64,000 nt of DNA from an uncultured Pseudomonadota bacterium (lineage in GTDB: Bacteria; BMS3Abin14). Shown here one piece after another: positions 18,919 to 28,669 of this stretch. The first letter of the stretch is position 1, and each line of letters starts with the position of its first letter. The notes under the pieces were generated by a model that did not search any database, had not been told where the DNA came from, and was given only the letters and a program-made list of their open reading frames with translations. Location: contig CAYVSA010000001.1 in assembly GCA_964454175.1 (NCBI GenBank), forward strand, positions 1 through 64,000, in the 5' to 3' direction. A program made the translations under genes and the position numbers.

Positions 18919-20862
18919 GTGCAGGGGACGAAGGATGAAGGTTTGAGCATCGAAGGCTATCGCGAGTGCCACCTGTGTTCAGTCCAGAACAAGACAAAAG
19001 CACGAAGGTGCAGGATGTGCACAGGACTTCTGAGCATGCGCGACCTTCTCTACCTGGAGATAGAGCGGGCACGGCGAAAGAAGATAGCCCCCTGGCTGTC
19101 CGCCATTGTGCCAGGCCTCGGGCACTGGTTCACCGGCAGAAGGTATATCGGGACTTTCTATTTCGCACTGTCACCCCTGGCCCTGGGCCTTGTTCTGTCT
19201 ACCTACCGCGGCTGGAACTGGGGCTACACCATTCTCTCCCTAGGTTTCTTCCTGATATGGGTCATGGCTATTGTGGACGCTGGCAGGGGCCCTGGTGAAT
19301 TTCACGCGCCGTGCCAGCTGGCGTGTCCTGGAAAGGTTCCGTGTTCCCACTACGTTCACCTTGCTGCCGAGGGAAAAGACCTTCAATCTCTGGAAATAGT
19401 AGAGCTTGTGTGTCCTTTCCCCGGGACTATCGGAAGGATATGCCACCATCCATGCGAAAGGGACTGCAACAGGGGCAAGGATGGAGAGCCCATAGCCATC
19501 TGTGTTATCAAGCGATTTGTAGATGATCAGGTCAAAAGGCCCTACAACATCTACCGTCGGGAGATCCAGGATCATCCCGCCGCAATCGACAAGAGCATTG
19601 CTGTCGTCGGTTCCGGCCCCGCAGGTCTAACAGCTGCACTATTCCTCAGGATACTGGGTTTTTCAGTCACCATCTTTGAGGAACGGGATACTGCGGGAGG
19701 GACACCGGACATATACTCTCCTCATTTCCGGCTTCCGCGTGATGTTTACAAAAGAGAGGTCGACAGGATCCTCGACCTGGATGTAGAGACAAAATTCGGA
19801 CAGTCACTGGGTAGAGATTTTTCCCTGGCGGACCTTAAAGCCCAGGGTTTTGCCGGTGCTTTTCTCGCGATCGGGTCCATGAGACCCGTCCAGCTCCCCC
19901 ACACGGGAAAAGCAGAAGAAGGGTTCCTGGACGGCAGGGACCTTCTGGTCAGAGCTGCAGCGGGTGATGTCCATCCTCTTTCCGGAAATGTGATCGTAAT
20001 TGGCGGGGGGAACGTCTCGATGGATGTTGCCAGGACCGCTCTGAGGATCGGCGCTGAGAAAGTAACTGTGGTCTGTCTGGAAAAAAGGCCTGAACAGCGG
20101 GAAAAGATGTTCAGGCACATAGGGGCAGAGTGGACGGAGATAAAATACGAGGATCATGGCGAGTTCATGCCGGCTAACCTCTGGGATATTCAGGATGCGG
20201 TGGACGAAGGAGTTGAGATCATGGACAGTTCGGCTACCATCTCCTTCGATACCGATAGCGGCAGCCTGTCGAGGGCTTTTTGTCAGAAAGTGTCACATAT
20301 TGAAAGTTCCGAGCATGGACGGCTGGTTCCGGTTTTCAAAGAGGGAACGGGTTTCTGGCTCGACGCGCAATGGGTGATCACCGCCGTGGGATCTGTTCCC
20401 GACTACTCTTTCCATGGGGGAAAGCCCGACATGAACCCCCTGCTTGCGGAAGTGCCGTTAGCCGAGGTTTCGGCCTTGTCAGATGAATCATTCATCGTTC
20501 TTGCGGGTGGGGACAACGTACACGGGCCAGCTTCGATCATTGAAGCTATCGCTGCCGGCAGAGAGGCTGCCAAGCACTTTTACAGTAGTGTCGTTGGCAA
20601 AACACCTGTCAGCATAAGGTACACGAGCCGTCGGATCAAGCCTCCATGGGCCAACTACCTGGACAGCTACGATATGAGGCGCCGCAGGCAGGAAGTCTCT
20701 CTGGCGCCCGGAGCAAGAGTGACTGATTTTGCCGAGGTACACAAAGGTTTCCCCAAAAGGGTGGCAATGGAGGAAGCCGACCGCTGCATGCGCTGCGACT
20801 GGACACTCACAAGGCAGTCCAAGGTGGATAAATATCTTGCTAAACTGAAAAAAGAGGAATAG
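18919..20862 (+). CDS. GltD/SudA-like Fe-S flavoprotein with N-terminal zinc ribbon and membrane domain
   Basis: CHLC..CRMC; hydrophobic block with PGLGH; APCQLACP, IGRICHHPCERDC; GSGPAG; GGGNVSMDVAR; EADRCMRC. Confidence 0.85.
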   Translation: MQGTKDEGLSIEGYRECHLCSVQNKTKARRCRMCTGLLSMRDLLYLEIERARRKKIAPWLSAIVPGLGHWFTGRRYIGTFYFALSPLALGLVLSTYRGWNWGYTILSLGFFLIWVMAIVDAGRGPGEFHAPCQLACPGKVPCSHYVHLAAEGKDLQSLEIVELVCPFPGTIGRICHHPCERDCNRGKDGEPIAICVIKRFVDDQVKRPYNIYRREIQDHPAAIDKSIAVVGSGPAGLTAALFLRILGFSVTIFEERDTAGGTPDIYSPHFRLPRDVYKREVDRILDLDVETKFGQSLGRDFSLADLKAQGFAGAFLAIGSMRPVQLPHTGKAEEGFLDGRDLLVRAAAGDVHPLSGNVIVIGGGNVSMDVARTALRIGAEKVTVVCLEKRPEQREKMFRHIGAEWTEIKYEDHGEFMPANLWDIQDAVDEGVEIMDSSATISFDTDSGSLSRAFCQKVSHIESSEHGRLVPVFKEGTGFWLDAQWVITAVGSVPDYSFHGGKPDMNPLLAEVPLAEVSALSDESFIVLAGGDNVHGPASIIEAIAAGREAAKHFYSSVVGKTPVSIRYTSRRIKPPWANYLDSYDMRRRRQEVSLAPGARVTDFAEVHKGFPKRVAMEEADRCMRCDWTLTRQSKVDKYLAKLKKEE

Positions 20863-20909
20863 CGGGATTTTGTTCGCTGATGTGGGTAAACCTGGTCCAG
20901 GACCCAAAA

Positions 20910-20953
20910 TCTAATGGCTAATGTTCTAATATCCAATGTTCTAATTTCTATCT
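20910..20953. repeat. Degenerate heptamer tandem array (TCTAATG/TCCAATA)
   Basis: tctaatg gctaatg t tctaata tccaatg t tctaatt; reverse-complement family of the 17470 array. Confidence 0.65.
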
Positions 20954-21242
20954 AATAGATTTCTTCCTCGATCTTCTCGCTGGAAATAACGGTGTAGCAG
21001 GACTGTCCCTTTGCAGGGGTCGCGGGTATCTCTTCGACCCTGATGATAACTTTTTCCCGGGGGTATCGTATAGCTATCTCGTCTCCAACCCTGACGCTCT
21101 TACCCGGGGGCGCCAGCCTGCCGTTAAGTGTTACCCAGCCATTTCCGCATAGCTTGGAGGCGAGGGACCGTCTTTTGACGAGACGGGCGCGTTTCAAAAA
21201 CAGGTCCACCCTGAGCTTTTCCAGCCCGAACCTATCCCTCAT
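20952..21242 (-). CDS. S4 RNA-binding domain protein (Hsp15/RqcP-like)
   Basis: LRVDLFLKRARLVKRRSLA...GWVTLNG...VRVGDEI; exact start uncertain. Confidence 0.85.
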   Translation of the reverse strand: MRDRFGLEKLRVDLFLKRARLVKRRSLASKLCGNGWVTLNGRLAPPGKSVRVGDEIAIRYPREKVIIRVEEIPATPAKGQSCYTVISSEKIEEEIY

Positions 21243-22146
21243 CCGTAAAGATCTCTATGTAGGTCTTCTCCTTCAGGTCTTTTATCCATAGGCCACGCTG
21301 GGTGCCTTCCTTTTCAGACCTGATCTGGTCGATGATCTTTTCCCTGACCTTTTCAAGTGGCTGGCGAAGTGAACTTCGTCCCGTGAGGTAAAGCAGGTGA
21401 ACTCCGAGGTCTGATCGAATCGGTCCCGCTATTTCTCCCTCCCGCAGTTCAAGGGCAGCCTTTTCAAGGGCAGGCAAAAGCTCTCCCCTGGCAAAAGTAC
21501 CCAGGTTCCCTCCCAGTGAGGCTGTTCCCTGGTCCTCGGAGTATTCACTGGCCGCTGCGGCGAAGGAAAGACCGTTGTGGATCTTTTCCAGAAGATCGTC
21601 AGCTTGAATCAATGCAGCCTCTTCATCCTGAGGCGGGGCATCGGTAGGCAGCCTGAACAGTATGTGGCTCAAGGACAGCATTGGCCTGGGAGGGTAATCC
21701 CTGTCGTACGCCACCCTGATCTCATCTTCTGAGATCTGTACTCTTGTCGCCAGGGCAGCGGATACGGCTCTGCCAATGACCACCTGCTCACGGACTCGCT
21801 GCCTGTACGTTTTAAAATCCTGACCTCTGGCAATGAGCGCGCTTTCCAGTTCCTCTCTCGTGGTTTTGTTTTTTTCCATAACGGACACAACGATCTTGTC
21901 AAGCTCCTTGTCCGTAACTCGGACCTCGTTCTGCCCTGCCCACTGCAGGACCAGGCTTCGCTCTATGAGCAGGTCAAGTGCCTGCAGGTAGGAAAGTTTG
22001 CCAGACTCTTCCAGAACCATAAGGACTTCCCTGTTAGTGATGGGCTCATGACCCACCGCCGCTACAACAAAGTCAGAGGCGGAGGCGGGGATAGCTGATA
22101 TCATAAGCACTGATGATATTAATATTGTCAGAAGATATCTTTTCAA
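21232..22146 (-). CDS. SurA-like parvulin peptidyl-prolyl isomerase
   Basis: Signal peptide, SurA N-domain, LSHIL...FAAAASEYSED...GGNLG...GVHL. Confidence 0.85.
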   Translation of the reverse strand: MKRYLLTILISSVLMISAIPASASDFVVAAVGHEPITNREVLMVLEESGKLSYLQALDLLIERSLVLQWAGQNEVRVTDKELDKIVVSVMEKNKTTREELESALIARGQDFKTYRQRVREQVVIGRAVSAALATRVQISEDEIRVAYDRDYPPRPMLSLSHILFRLPTDAPPQDEEAALIQADDLLEKIHNGLSFAAAASEYSEDQGTASLGGNLGTFARGELLPALEKAALELREGEIAGPIRSDLGVHLLYLTGRSSLRQPLEKVREKIIDQIRSEKEGTQRGLWIKDLKEKTYIEIFTDEG

Positions 22147-22217
22147 GCTTCTATCTCATGTCTGGTTTTTGTTTCCATAATAATGACTCTGGACATTGGA
22201 CTTTTGGGCTTGTCTGC

Positions 22218-23183
22218 TTACTCTTTATTTTCAAGATTCTCCAGATAGAGAGTGATCTGGGCCTGGTCTTTCAGGTGCCCGAGCCATTCATTGAAAAACG
22301 ATTCCTGTCTTGCCTGAAAGATCTTCTGCCTTATCTGCTCGCTCACCTCGTCCAGGGTCTGGGTCCGTGGCCTTATGCGGTGCTCTACCTTGAATATGTG
22401 AAACCCGTAGGGTGATTTCACGACGCGACTGACTGAGCCAACACGATATCGGAACACTACTTTATCGAATTCCTCCGGCATCTGTCCCTTGGCAAACTTC
22501 CCAAGGTCCCCGCCCTGCTCCGAATCGGGACTCAGAGAAAAACGTTTTGCCATATCAGCGAAATCCGCGCCTTTTAGTATCTTCGACCTTATAGAGCGCG
22601 CTTCTTCCTCAGTAGCCACAACTATCTGCCTGGCTCGCACCATAAGGGGCTGCTGAAACTCTTTTTTATTTGCCTTATAGTACTCTTCCACGTCCTGGTC
22701 GCTCACGTGTATGATGCTGTCGATCTCCTGCTCTATCAGTTTGTCGATAAGCAGCTTTTCGACCCTGTCCTTCTTCCATTCCTCCAGCTGCACGCCGATC
22801 CTTTCCAGGGCCTCACTGAGGGTGTCCTTGGGATAATCCTCCTTCAGGAGGTTGATCTCGTGGTTAAGTTCCTCATCCGAAACAGTCAGCATGCGCAGAT
22901 CCGCCTCCTGCTTGAGCAGCTCGGTCTCGATTATTTTGTTCAAGAAGCTAACCTTGAGTTCTCTTATTGCCTCCGGGCTGCTTCCCGGCAGGTGGATCCG
23001 TTTGGTGAAGCGATCATATTTCGCCTGGAAGATCTCCCGGGTAATGGGTTTACCGTTCACTTCCGCGACAATACCTTCTGTCGGGATCGGCTTTTTTTCT
23101 CCAGTGGGTTGCTCCAGGCCGTTGACCCAGATAAAAACGGCGACGGCGATTGCGAATATGATTACTGCAGCTAATTTTTTCAT
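22218..23183 (-). CDS. PrsA/PpiC-type peptidyl-prolyl isomerase
   Basis: N-terminal anchor, VAEVNGKPIT, ARQIVV...DFADMAKRFS...GGDLG...SPYGFHIFKV. Confidence 0.9.
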   Translation of the reverse strand: MKKLAAVIIFAIAVAVFIWVNGLEQPTGEKKPIPTEGIVAEVNGKPITREIFQAKYDRFTKRIHLPGSSPEAIRELKVSFLNKIIETELLKQEADLRMLTVSDEELNHEINLLKEDYPKDTLSEALERIGVQLEEWKKDRVEKLLIDKLIEQEIDSIIHVSDQDVEEYYKANKKEFQQPLMVRARQIVVATEEEARSIRSKILKGADFADMAKRFSLSPDSEQGGDLGKFAKGQMPEEFDKVVFRYRVGSVSRVVKSPYGFHIFKVEHRIRPRTQTLDEVSEQIRQKIFQARQESFFNEWLGHLKDQAQITLYLENLENKE

Positions 23184-23193
23184 GGCAGGATAT

Positions 23194-26100
23194 TTAAGTA
23201 ACAGATGATTGGAGGGAGCGCAAGATTTCCTTTAGGAATACGACTCTGTCATCAGGAGAGCCCAGATTGGATACGTCGATCCGTAAGGTCGTCGGAGGAA
23301 TAAAACTGACCCTTCTATCATTAGACAGCATGTTTACCAGCGCGTCAGGAGACACCCTGGCCTCAGGATGAAGCACGATAATGTAATATGGTTCGGCCAT
23401 GTCGATGTGCTCCACAAGAAGCTGTCTTGCAAGCACTGTTACTTCAGCCTGCTTGAAAAGGGCTCTCACCTCAGGGGTAAACCGGCCGAATCGGTCCAGG
23501 ACCTCTTCCCTCATGGCATCGAGTTCCTCGTCGGAAGAGGATCTGGCAAGTCGTTTGTAGAGAGTCAGCCGCTCTCCCGCGTCGGGAAGATATTCCTGAG
23601 TGAGTAAGGCTGGGAGACCGAGATTCACGGAAGGCTCCACAGCGGGCATGGGCTCATCGCCTGAGGCTTCACGAACGGCCTGCTCCAGGAGCTGCGAAAA
23701 CAGGTCAAGCCCCACGGATGCGATCTGGCCTGACTGCTCCTCCCCAAGGAGGTTCCCGGCCCCCCTTATTTCCATGTCATAGGAGGCCAGCTTGAAGCCT
23801 GAACCCAGTTCCGCCAGATCTTTAAGAACCGAGAGCCTTTCCCGGGCTTTTTTTGTCAGGCTTCCTTCCTGGGGTATCATGAGATAGCAGTAGGCTCGCA
23901 GGCTGGACCGCCCCACCCTTCCCCTGAGCTGGTAAAGCTGAGCCAGGCCGAACCGGTCAGCTCTGTTCACAATGAGGGTGTTCACGTTTGGAATATCAAG
24001 ACCTGATTCGATGATCGCTGTGGTCACGAGAACATCGAATTCGCCCTTTAAAAACAGTACCATTATTTCTTCCAGTTCCTTTTCGGCCATCTGGCCATGG
24101 GCCACCGCGACCCTGGCCTCGGGTACAGTTTTTTTGACCAGATCAGAAAAAGCGTGGATGCTCAGGACCCTGTTGTGCACCACGTATACTTGTCCTTCGC
24201 GACCCATTTCTCTGAGGATGGCGTCCCGCATCAGTTCCTCGTCGAAATACCTGATCTCAGTATGGACGGCTTTTCTGTCCACAGGAGGTGTGTGGATTAA
24301 GGAAAGGTCCCGAAGTCCTGAAAAAGCCTGATAAAGAGTCCTGGGTATAGGTGTTGCCGAGAGGGTCAGGACATCTACCGTCTTCTTGATCTTTTTAAGC
24401 CTTTCCTTGTGGCGGACCCCGAATCTGTGTTCTTCGTCGATGACGAGCAGGCCGAGCTCACTGAACCTGACGTCCTCAGACAGGAGCCTGTGTGTTCCGA
24501 TCACGATATCCACAGTACCCGCGGCGAGTCCCTCCAGTGTTTTTTTCGTTTCGTTTCCCGAAACGAACCTGCTCATCACGGCTACCCTCACGGGAAAGCG
24601 TTCCAGCCTCTCGGTAAAGTTCTGAAAATGCTGCTGAGCAAGTACGGTAGTGGGCACCAGGACAGCGGCCTGTTTGCCTCCCAGCACGGCCATGAATGAA
24701 GCCCGCAGGGCTACCTCGGTTTTGCCGTATCCGACATCTCCACAGACGAGCCTGTCCATGGGCCTTGGCGACATCATATCTGTGAGGACTTCCGAAATAC
24801 ATTTTTCCTGGTCTGGTGTTTCAGTCCAGGGAAAGGACGCTTCAAACTCCCTGAAGATGGAATCCGGAGGGTCGAATTTATGCCCCGGCCTGCTTTTTCT
24901 GGCTGCGGACAGGCTGATGAGTTCGGTGGCCATGTTTTTCAGAGTTCTTCGTGCGCGTTCTTTGACTTTTCCCCAAGCTCCGGAGCCGAGCTTGCTGAGG
25001 GGCGGCGGTTTTTCTGCGGCGCTTCGATAGCGCTGTACCCTGTTCATGTCCTGCACAGGAACATACAGGGTGTCGCCTCCGGAAAAGGCCAGGTGAAGGT
25101 ATTCACCGAACTGTGCGGCCACGTCCATCTGTTTGAGCCCGTCGAAGCGGCAGATCCCGTGCTCAATGTGAACGACCGTATCACCGGAAGTCAGCGATCC
25201 GACCGGAAGGTCCCATTCAGGAGAAGCTGATCTGCCGATCCTCGCCTTTTTGGGTTGCCCGAAAATATCTGAATCGCTGAGGATGGCGAGCTTGTCATCC
25301 TGAAGGACAAAACCGCCGGACAGTTGACCGGGTACAATGCCGAACCCTGTTTTTGGAGGCGCAGCCGAAAAACTCTCATATCCGGGCGCGTCAATGCCCT
25401 GGTCCGTGAGCAGCATGGTGATGCGCTGGGCAGAGGACTTTGATCTTGCGGCGATCAGGGCCCCAAAACCGTGTTTTTTTCTGATCATGCGCATAAAATC
25501 AAGAACACCCTCAAGCCGTCCGGGACGGGAACCAGGAGCCAGTGGAGGACTGCACCGAACGTGGGTGGATCCCCTGGTGCCGGCGAGGCCGGCAAGAATA
25601 TGCCGCCTGGAGACCAGGTGTGAATAGATCTGGTCTGGGTCTTTGTAGACCTTGCCGAGGTCCGGAAGGCCTTCCCCTGCTCTTTCGGCGGCAAAAGTGT
25701 AGAAATTTTTCATGGCAGAGATGATCTCACCAGGTTCAACCAGCAGCAGCGTGGAATTTTCATTCAAATAGTCCGCTGGAGAACTGTGTTTTCCATAGAT
25801 CGCTGGTAAAAAAAGGTTGATCCCCGGAAAGCCTGATCCGTTATCCCATCCCTCAAGGAAACGCTCCCTTTCTCTGGATGTTACTTGTACGGCAGACAGG
25901 GCCGCAGAAAGTCTTGCCCTCCCTTCAGCCCTCACGTCTGCATTACGGACGATTTCGGAGACTGGAAGAATCTGGAATTCGATGAGCGTCCCGGTGCTCC
26001 TTTGGAGGTCGGGGTCAAAAGCCCTCAGGGAATGGACCTTGTCCTCCCAGAGTTCGATCCGGCACGGGAGCTCGTGGGCAGGGGAAAAAATATCCAGGAT

Positions 26101-26595
26101 GCCGCCCCTGACTGCAACCTCCCCTGCCTGTGTTGTCACAGGTACCCTTCTGTATCCCCAGGCAAGGAGAGTCCTCAGAAGTTCGTCCCTGTCCAGCACA
26201 CTGGCCGCACGAACAGTTACGATGGCTGATGTCAGAGTCTCTGGGGGAGGGGCTGGCTGCAGTAGTGCCAAAGCGGGGATCACGACTGGTCCTGTACCGC
26301 GAGAAATGGCCAGAAACGCGCGCATTCTTGCAGAAGCCGTTTCCATGTCCGGCAGCATTCGCTCCATGGGATTGTTCTCAGTTGCGGGGAGGATCACTAC
26401 CTCGTGCCCGGACAGGAAAAAGGAAATATCCCCTGCGAGGGCCGCTGCTGAGGCGGCATCGGGGGCAACTGCGACGAGCTTGTCAGGTTCGGGTAGTTTT
26501 GATACCAGGTAGGCCGCGGCTGATGGGGGCAGGCCTGAAAGACTCACATGCCCAGCTCTGTCCAGGTCCGTTGCGACCTGTACTGAGAGGGTCAT
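23194..26595 (-). CDS. mfd: Transcription-repair coupling factor
   Basis: GEVAVRGGILD, VVHIEHG, ETPDQ, GDVGYGKTEVA, DEEHRFG, QLRGRVGR, DMEIRGAGNLLG; start placed at MTLSVQ. Confidence 0.97.
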   Translation of the reverse strand: MTLSVQVATDLDRAGHVSLSGLPPSAAAYLVSKLPEPDKLVAVAPDAASAAALAGDISFFLSGHEVVILPATENNPMERMLPDMETASARMRAFLAISRGTGPVVIPALALLQPAPPPETLTSAIVTVRAASVLDRDELLRTLLAWGYRRVPVTTQAGEVAVRGGILDIFSPAHELPCRIELWEDKVHSLRAFDPDLQRSTGTLIEFQILPVSEIVRNADVRAEGRARLSAALSAVQVTSRERERFLEGWDNGSGFPGINLFLPAIYGKHSSPADYLNENSTLLLVEPGEIISAMKNFYTFAAERAGEGLPDLGKVYKDPDQIYSHLVSRRHILAGLAGTRGSTHVRCSPPLAPGSRPGRLEGVLDFMRMIRKKHGFGALIAARSKSSAQRITMLLTDQGIDAPGYESFSAAPPKTGFGIVPGQLSGGFVLQDDKLAILSDSDIFGQPKKARIGRSASPEWDLPVGSLTSGDTVVHIEHGICRFDGLKQMDVAAQFGEYLHLAFSGGDTLYVPVQDMNRVQRYRSAAEKPPPLSKLGSGAWGKVKERARRTLKNMATELISLSAARKSRPGHKFDPPDSIFREFEASFPWTETPDQEKCISEVLTDMMSPRPMDRLVCGDVGYGKTEVALRASFMAVLGGKQAAVLVPTTVLAQQHFQNFTERLERFPVRVAVMSRFVSGNETKKTLEGLAAGTVDIVIGTHRLLSEDVRFSELGLLVIDEEHRFGVRHKERLKKIKKTVDVLTLSATPIPRTLYQAFSGLRDLSLIHTPPVDRKAVHTEIRYFDEELMRDAILREMGREGQVYVVHNRVLSIHAFSDLVKKTVPEARVAVAHGQMAEKELEEIMVLFLKGEFDVLVTTAIIESGLDIPNVNTLIVNRADRFGLAQLYQLRGRVGRSSLRAYCYLMIPQEGSLTKKARERLSVLKDLAELGSGFKLASYDMEIRGAGNLLGEEQSGQIASVGLDLFSQLLEQAVREASGDEPMPAVEPSVNLGLPALLTQEYLPDAGERLTLYKRLARSSSDEELDAMREEVLDRFGRFTPEVRALFKQAEVTVLARQLLVEHIDMAEPYYIIVLHPEARVSPDALVNMLSNDRRVSFIPPTTLRIDVSNLGSPDDRVVFLKEILRSLQSSVT

Positions 26596-26596
26596 T

Positions 26597-27079
26597 TTAA
26601 CTGCTGGATCCTGTGATCCTGTCGATGATGCTGGAGGTGGATTCTCCCAGCCGGAAGGGAAGGGCGAGCACTTGGCCTCCGTTTCCCTTAACGAAATCTC
26701 CCCCGACGATCTCATCCACTGGCCAGTCTCCGCCCTTGACCAGAATGTGGGGTTTGACTGCCTGGATCAGAGCAATCGGTGTTTGTTCCGCAAAGGGCAC
26801 GACGGCGTCTACCCACCTTAACGAGAGAAGGATCTCGACCCTGGCGGCCTGGTTGAGAACAGGCCTTCCGGGGCCTTTCAGTTCCCTTACAGAATCATCA
26901 GAATTCAAGCCAACCACGAGAATATCACCCAGTGCTTTTGCCTGTTTCAGATAGCTGGTGTGGCCGGGATGGATCAGGTCAAAGCATCCGTTAGTAAAGA
27001 CCACGGTCAAATCGTTGGCACGCCAGTGCGCTGCCCTTTCCTTTATGGATTCATGTGTATATTCGGATGGTTCAACCAT
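26597..27079 (-). CDS. rfaE2: D-glycero-beta-D-manno-heptose 1-phosphate adenylyltransferase (HldC/RfaE2)
   Basis: VFTNGCFDLIHPGH, GLNSDDSVRELKGPGRP, VKGGDW, STSSII. Confidence 0.93.
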   Translation of the reverse strand: MVEPSEYTHESIKERAAHWRANDLTVVFTNGCFDLIHPGHTSYLKQAKALGDILVVGLNSDDSVRELKGPGRPVLNQAARVEILLSLRWVDAVVPFAEQTPIALIQAVKPHILVKGGDWPVDEIVGGDFVKGNGGQVLALPFRLGESTSSIIDRITGSSS

Positions 27080-28044
27080 CAGGGCATCTGTTCCTTGACC
27101 AGAGCCAGCAGTAGGGGGAGGAGGATCTCATGATGGCCCGTGAGGGCAAAACTGCGCCCGCCGTAGGCAGTGGGCCGACCCAGTACGTTCACGCGGGGTC
27201 TGTAATGCTGGATGAAATCCATATTCACGGTAGTAAGGCCCTTGACCGGATGTCCGAGGTTCCGTGCAAGCGAGAGGGCCTTGAGGAACACCTCAGGCAT
27301 AATGACAGCCGACCCGAGATTTATGTATACACCATTATCCAGGGCAGCGACCTGACTTGCGAAAAGTAAAAAATCGGTCATGGATGCCGCGCCGGTGGCT
27401 GCTCCGTCACAACTTGGATGCATGTGGATTATGTCCGTGCCGATGGCTACGTGGACCGTAGCTGGTACAGGGGTTCTGGCAGCCGCAGCAAAAACACTGA
27501 GCCCGGAATGCTTCAGCCCGCCCCCTTCTATCATGCTTCCGACCGCATGCCCGATCCCTGTTCCTTCAGCAGCGGCCTGCGAAATAGCACTGTTGAGCGA
27601 CACTGCTGTCTGCTCTGCCATCCCGAACTGACCGGACTCAAGACCTGCGCCCACATCCTCGGAAGTTTTTCCTGAGGCTGCAAGCTCATAGTCGTGAATG
27701 ATCGCTGCACCGTTGGTGGCAATCCCGGTGAGTATGCCGGTTTCGATTGCATCTGCCAGGAGCGGGCCGAGTCCGACCTTGATCGGGTGGGCTCCCATGC
27801 CGAGAAGGACTCCGCAGCCATTTTTCCTGGCGACTGCTATTGCCTCGGCCGTTTCTTTCAGGTCACTGGATGCAAGGATATCCGGCAAGCTGTCAGTAAA
27901 TTGGGATAATGTTGAGCCGCCCACGAGGGGTTTGCCCAGATCCTCAGCGCTGACTTTGCTTTGCCGTGAGTGAAGGGAGCAGGTTTTTACCTCACCCGGG
28001 ATTATGCCTCTTGTCGGGGTGTTGGGATACTTTTTATCAATCAT
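27079..28044 (-). CDS. Conserved protein with deoxyhypusine-synthase-like fold, function unknown
   Basis: GAHPIKVG, NGAAIIHDYE, TSEDV...FGMA, VHVAIGTDIIHMH, NLGSAVIMPEVFLKA, GHHE. Confidence 0.7.
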   Translation of the reverse strand: MIDKKYPNTPTRGIIPGEVKTCSLHSRQSKVSAEDLGKPLVGGSTLSQFTDSLPDILASSDLKETAEAIAVARKNGCGVLLGMGAHPIKVGLGPLLADAIETGILTGIATNGAAIIHDYELAASGKTSEDVGAGLESGQFGMAEQTAVSLNSAISQAAAEGTGIGHAVGSMIEGGGLKHSGLSVFAAAARTPVPATVHVAIGTDIIHMHPSCDGAATGAASMTDFLLFASQVAALDNGVYINLGSAVIMPEVFLKALSLARNLGHPVKGLTTVNMDFIQHYRPRVNVLGRPTAYGGRSFALTGHHEILLPLLLALVKEQMP

Positions 28045-28627
28045 TTTTTCCTGCAAAGACAAGTATCTCAAGGAGTTCGGCCATGATGTGGAGGACCAGG
28101 TGATGGATTTCCTGCACTCTGGGCGTGCTGATCTCGCCGGGTGCCAGATAATAGTCGCACAAATCGGCCATAGGGCCTTCCTCGGGACCGCTCATGCCCA
28201 CTGTCATCAGGGACTGCCTGTTTGCCGCTTCCAGAGCTCTCAGGATGTTGGGCGAGGTCCCGCTTGTGGATATGGCGATCAGTGCGTCTCCCTCTTTTCC
28301 CACTGCTTCGATCTGCTTGCTGAAGATCAGGTCGTAGGAGTAATCGTTTGAGATGGAGGTTATGACCGAGGTGTCTGTCGCAAGAGAGATGCAGGGAAGG
28401 GGCCGCCGCTCCATGAGAAACCTGTTTACAAGTTCCCCTGCGAAATGCTGTGCGTCAGCCGCGCTGCCGCCGTTGCCCGCAACAAGGATCTTTCCTCCGC
28501 TACCTACTGCTCTTGCCAGGCTTCTGGCAGCCTGCAGGATCTGCTCCGAGGCCCGGTGGCAGTATACTTCCTGGGCCCGGGCGCTCTCGGCGCCCCTCTG
28601 TACAATTATTTCTTCCAGTTTTTTCAT
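28037..28627 (-). CDS. gmhA: Sedoheptulose-7-phosphate isomerase
   Basis: GNGGSAADAQHFAGEL, ISNDY, ISTSGTSPN, RVQEIH. Confidence 0.95.
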   Translation of the reverse strand: MKKLEEIIVQRGAESARAQEVYCHRASEQILQAARSLARAVGSGGKILVAGNGGSAADAQHFAGELVNRFLMERRPLPCISLATDTSVITSISNDYSYDLIFSKQIEAVGKEGDALIAISTSGTSPNILRALEAANRQSLMTVGMSGPEEGPMADLCDYYLAPGEISTPRVQEIHHLVLHIMAELLEILVFAGKND

Positions 28628-28669
28628 GGCATGCCGTTTTTATATTATAAAGGGTCCACCCGCGGTAAA

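Noticed and set aside
1456-22212. Heptamer arrays considered as CRISPR remnants
   Set aside because: No repeat-spacer structure and no cas genes; units are 7 bp and contiguous.
26596-26715. Extended mfd N-terminus in the ORF track
   Set aside because: Overlaps the adenylyltransferase gene; the ATG at 26595 directly after its stop is more plausible.
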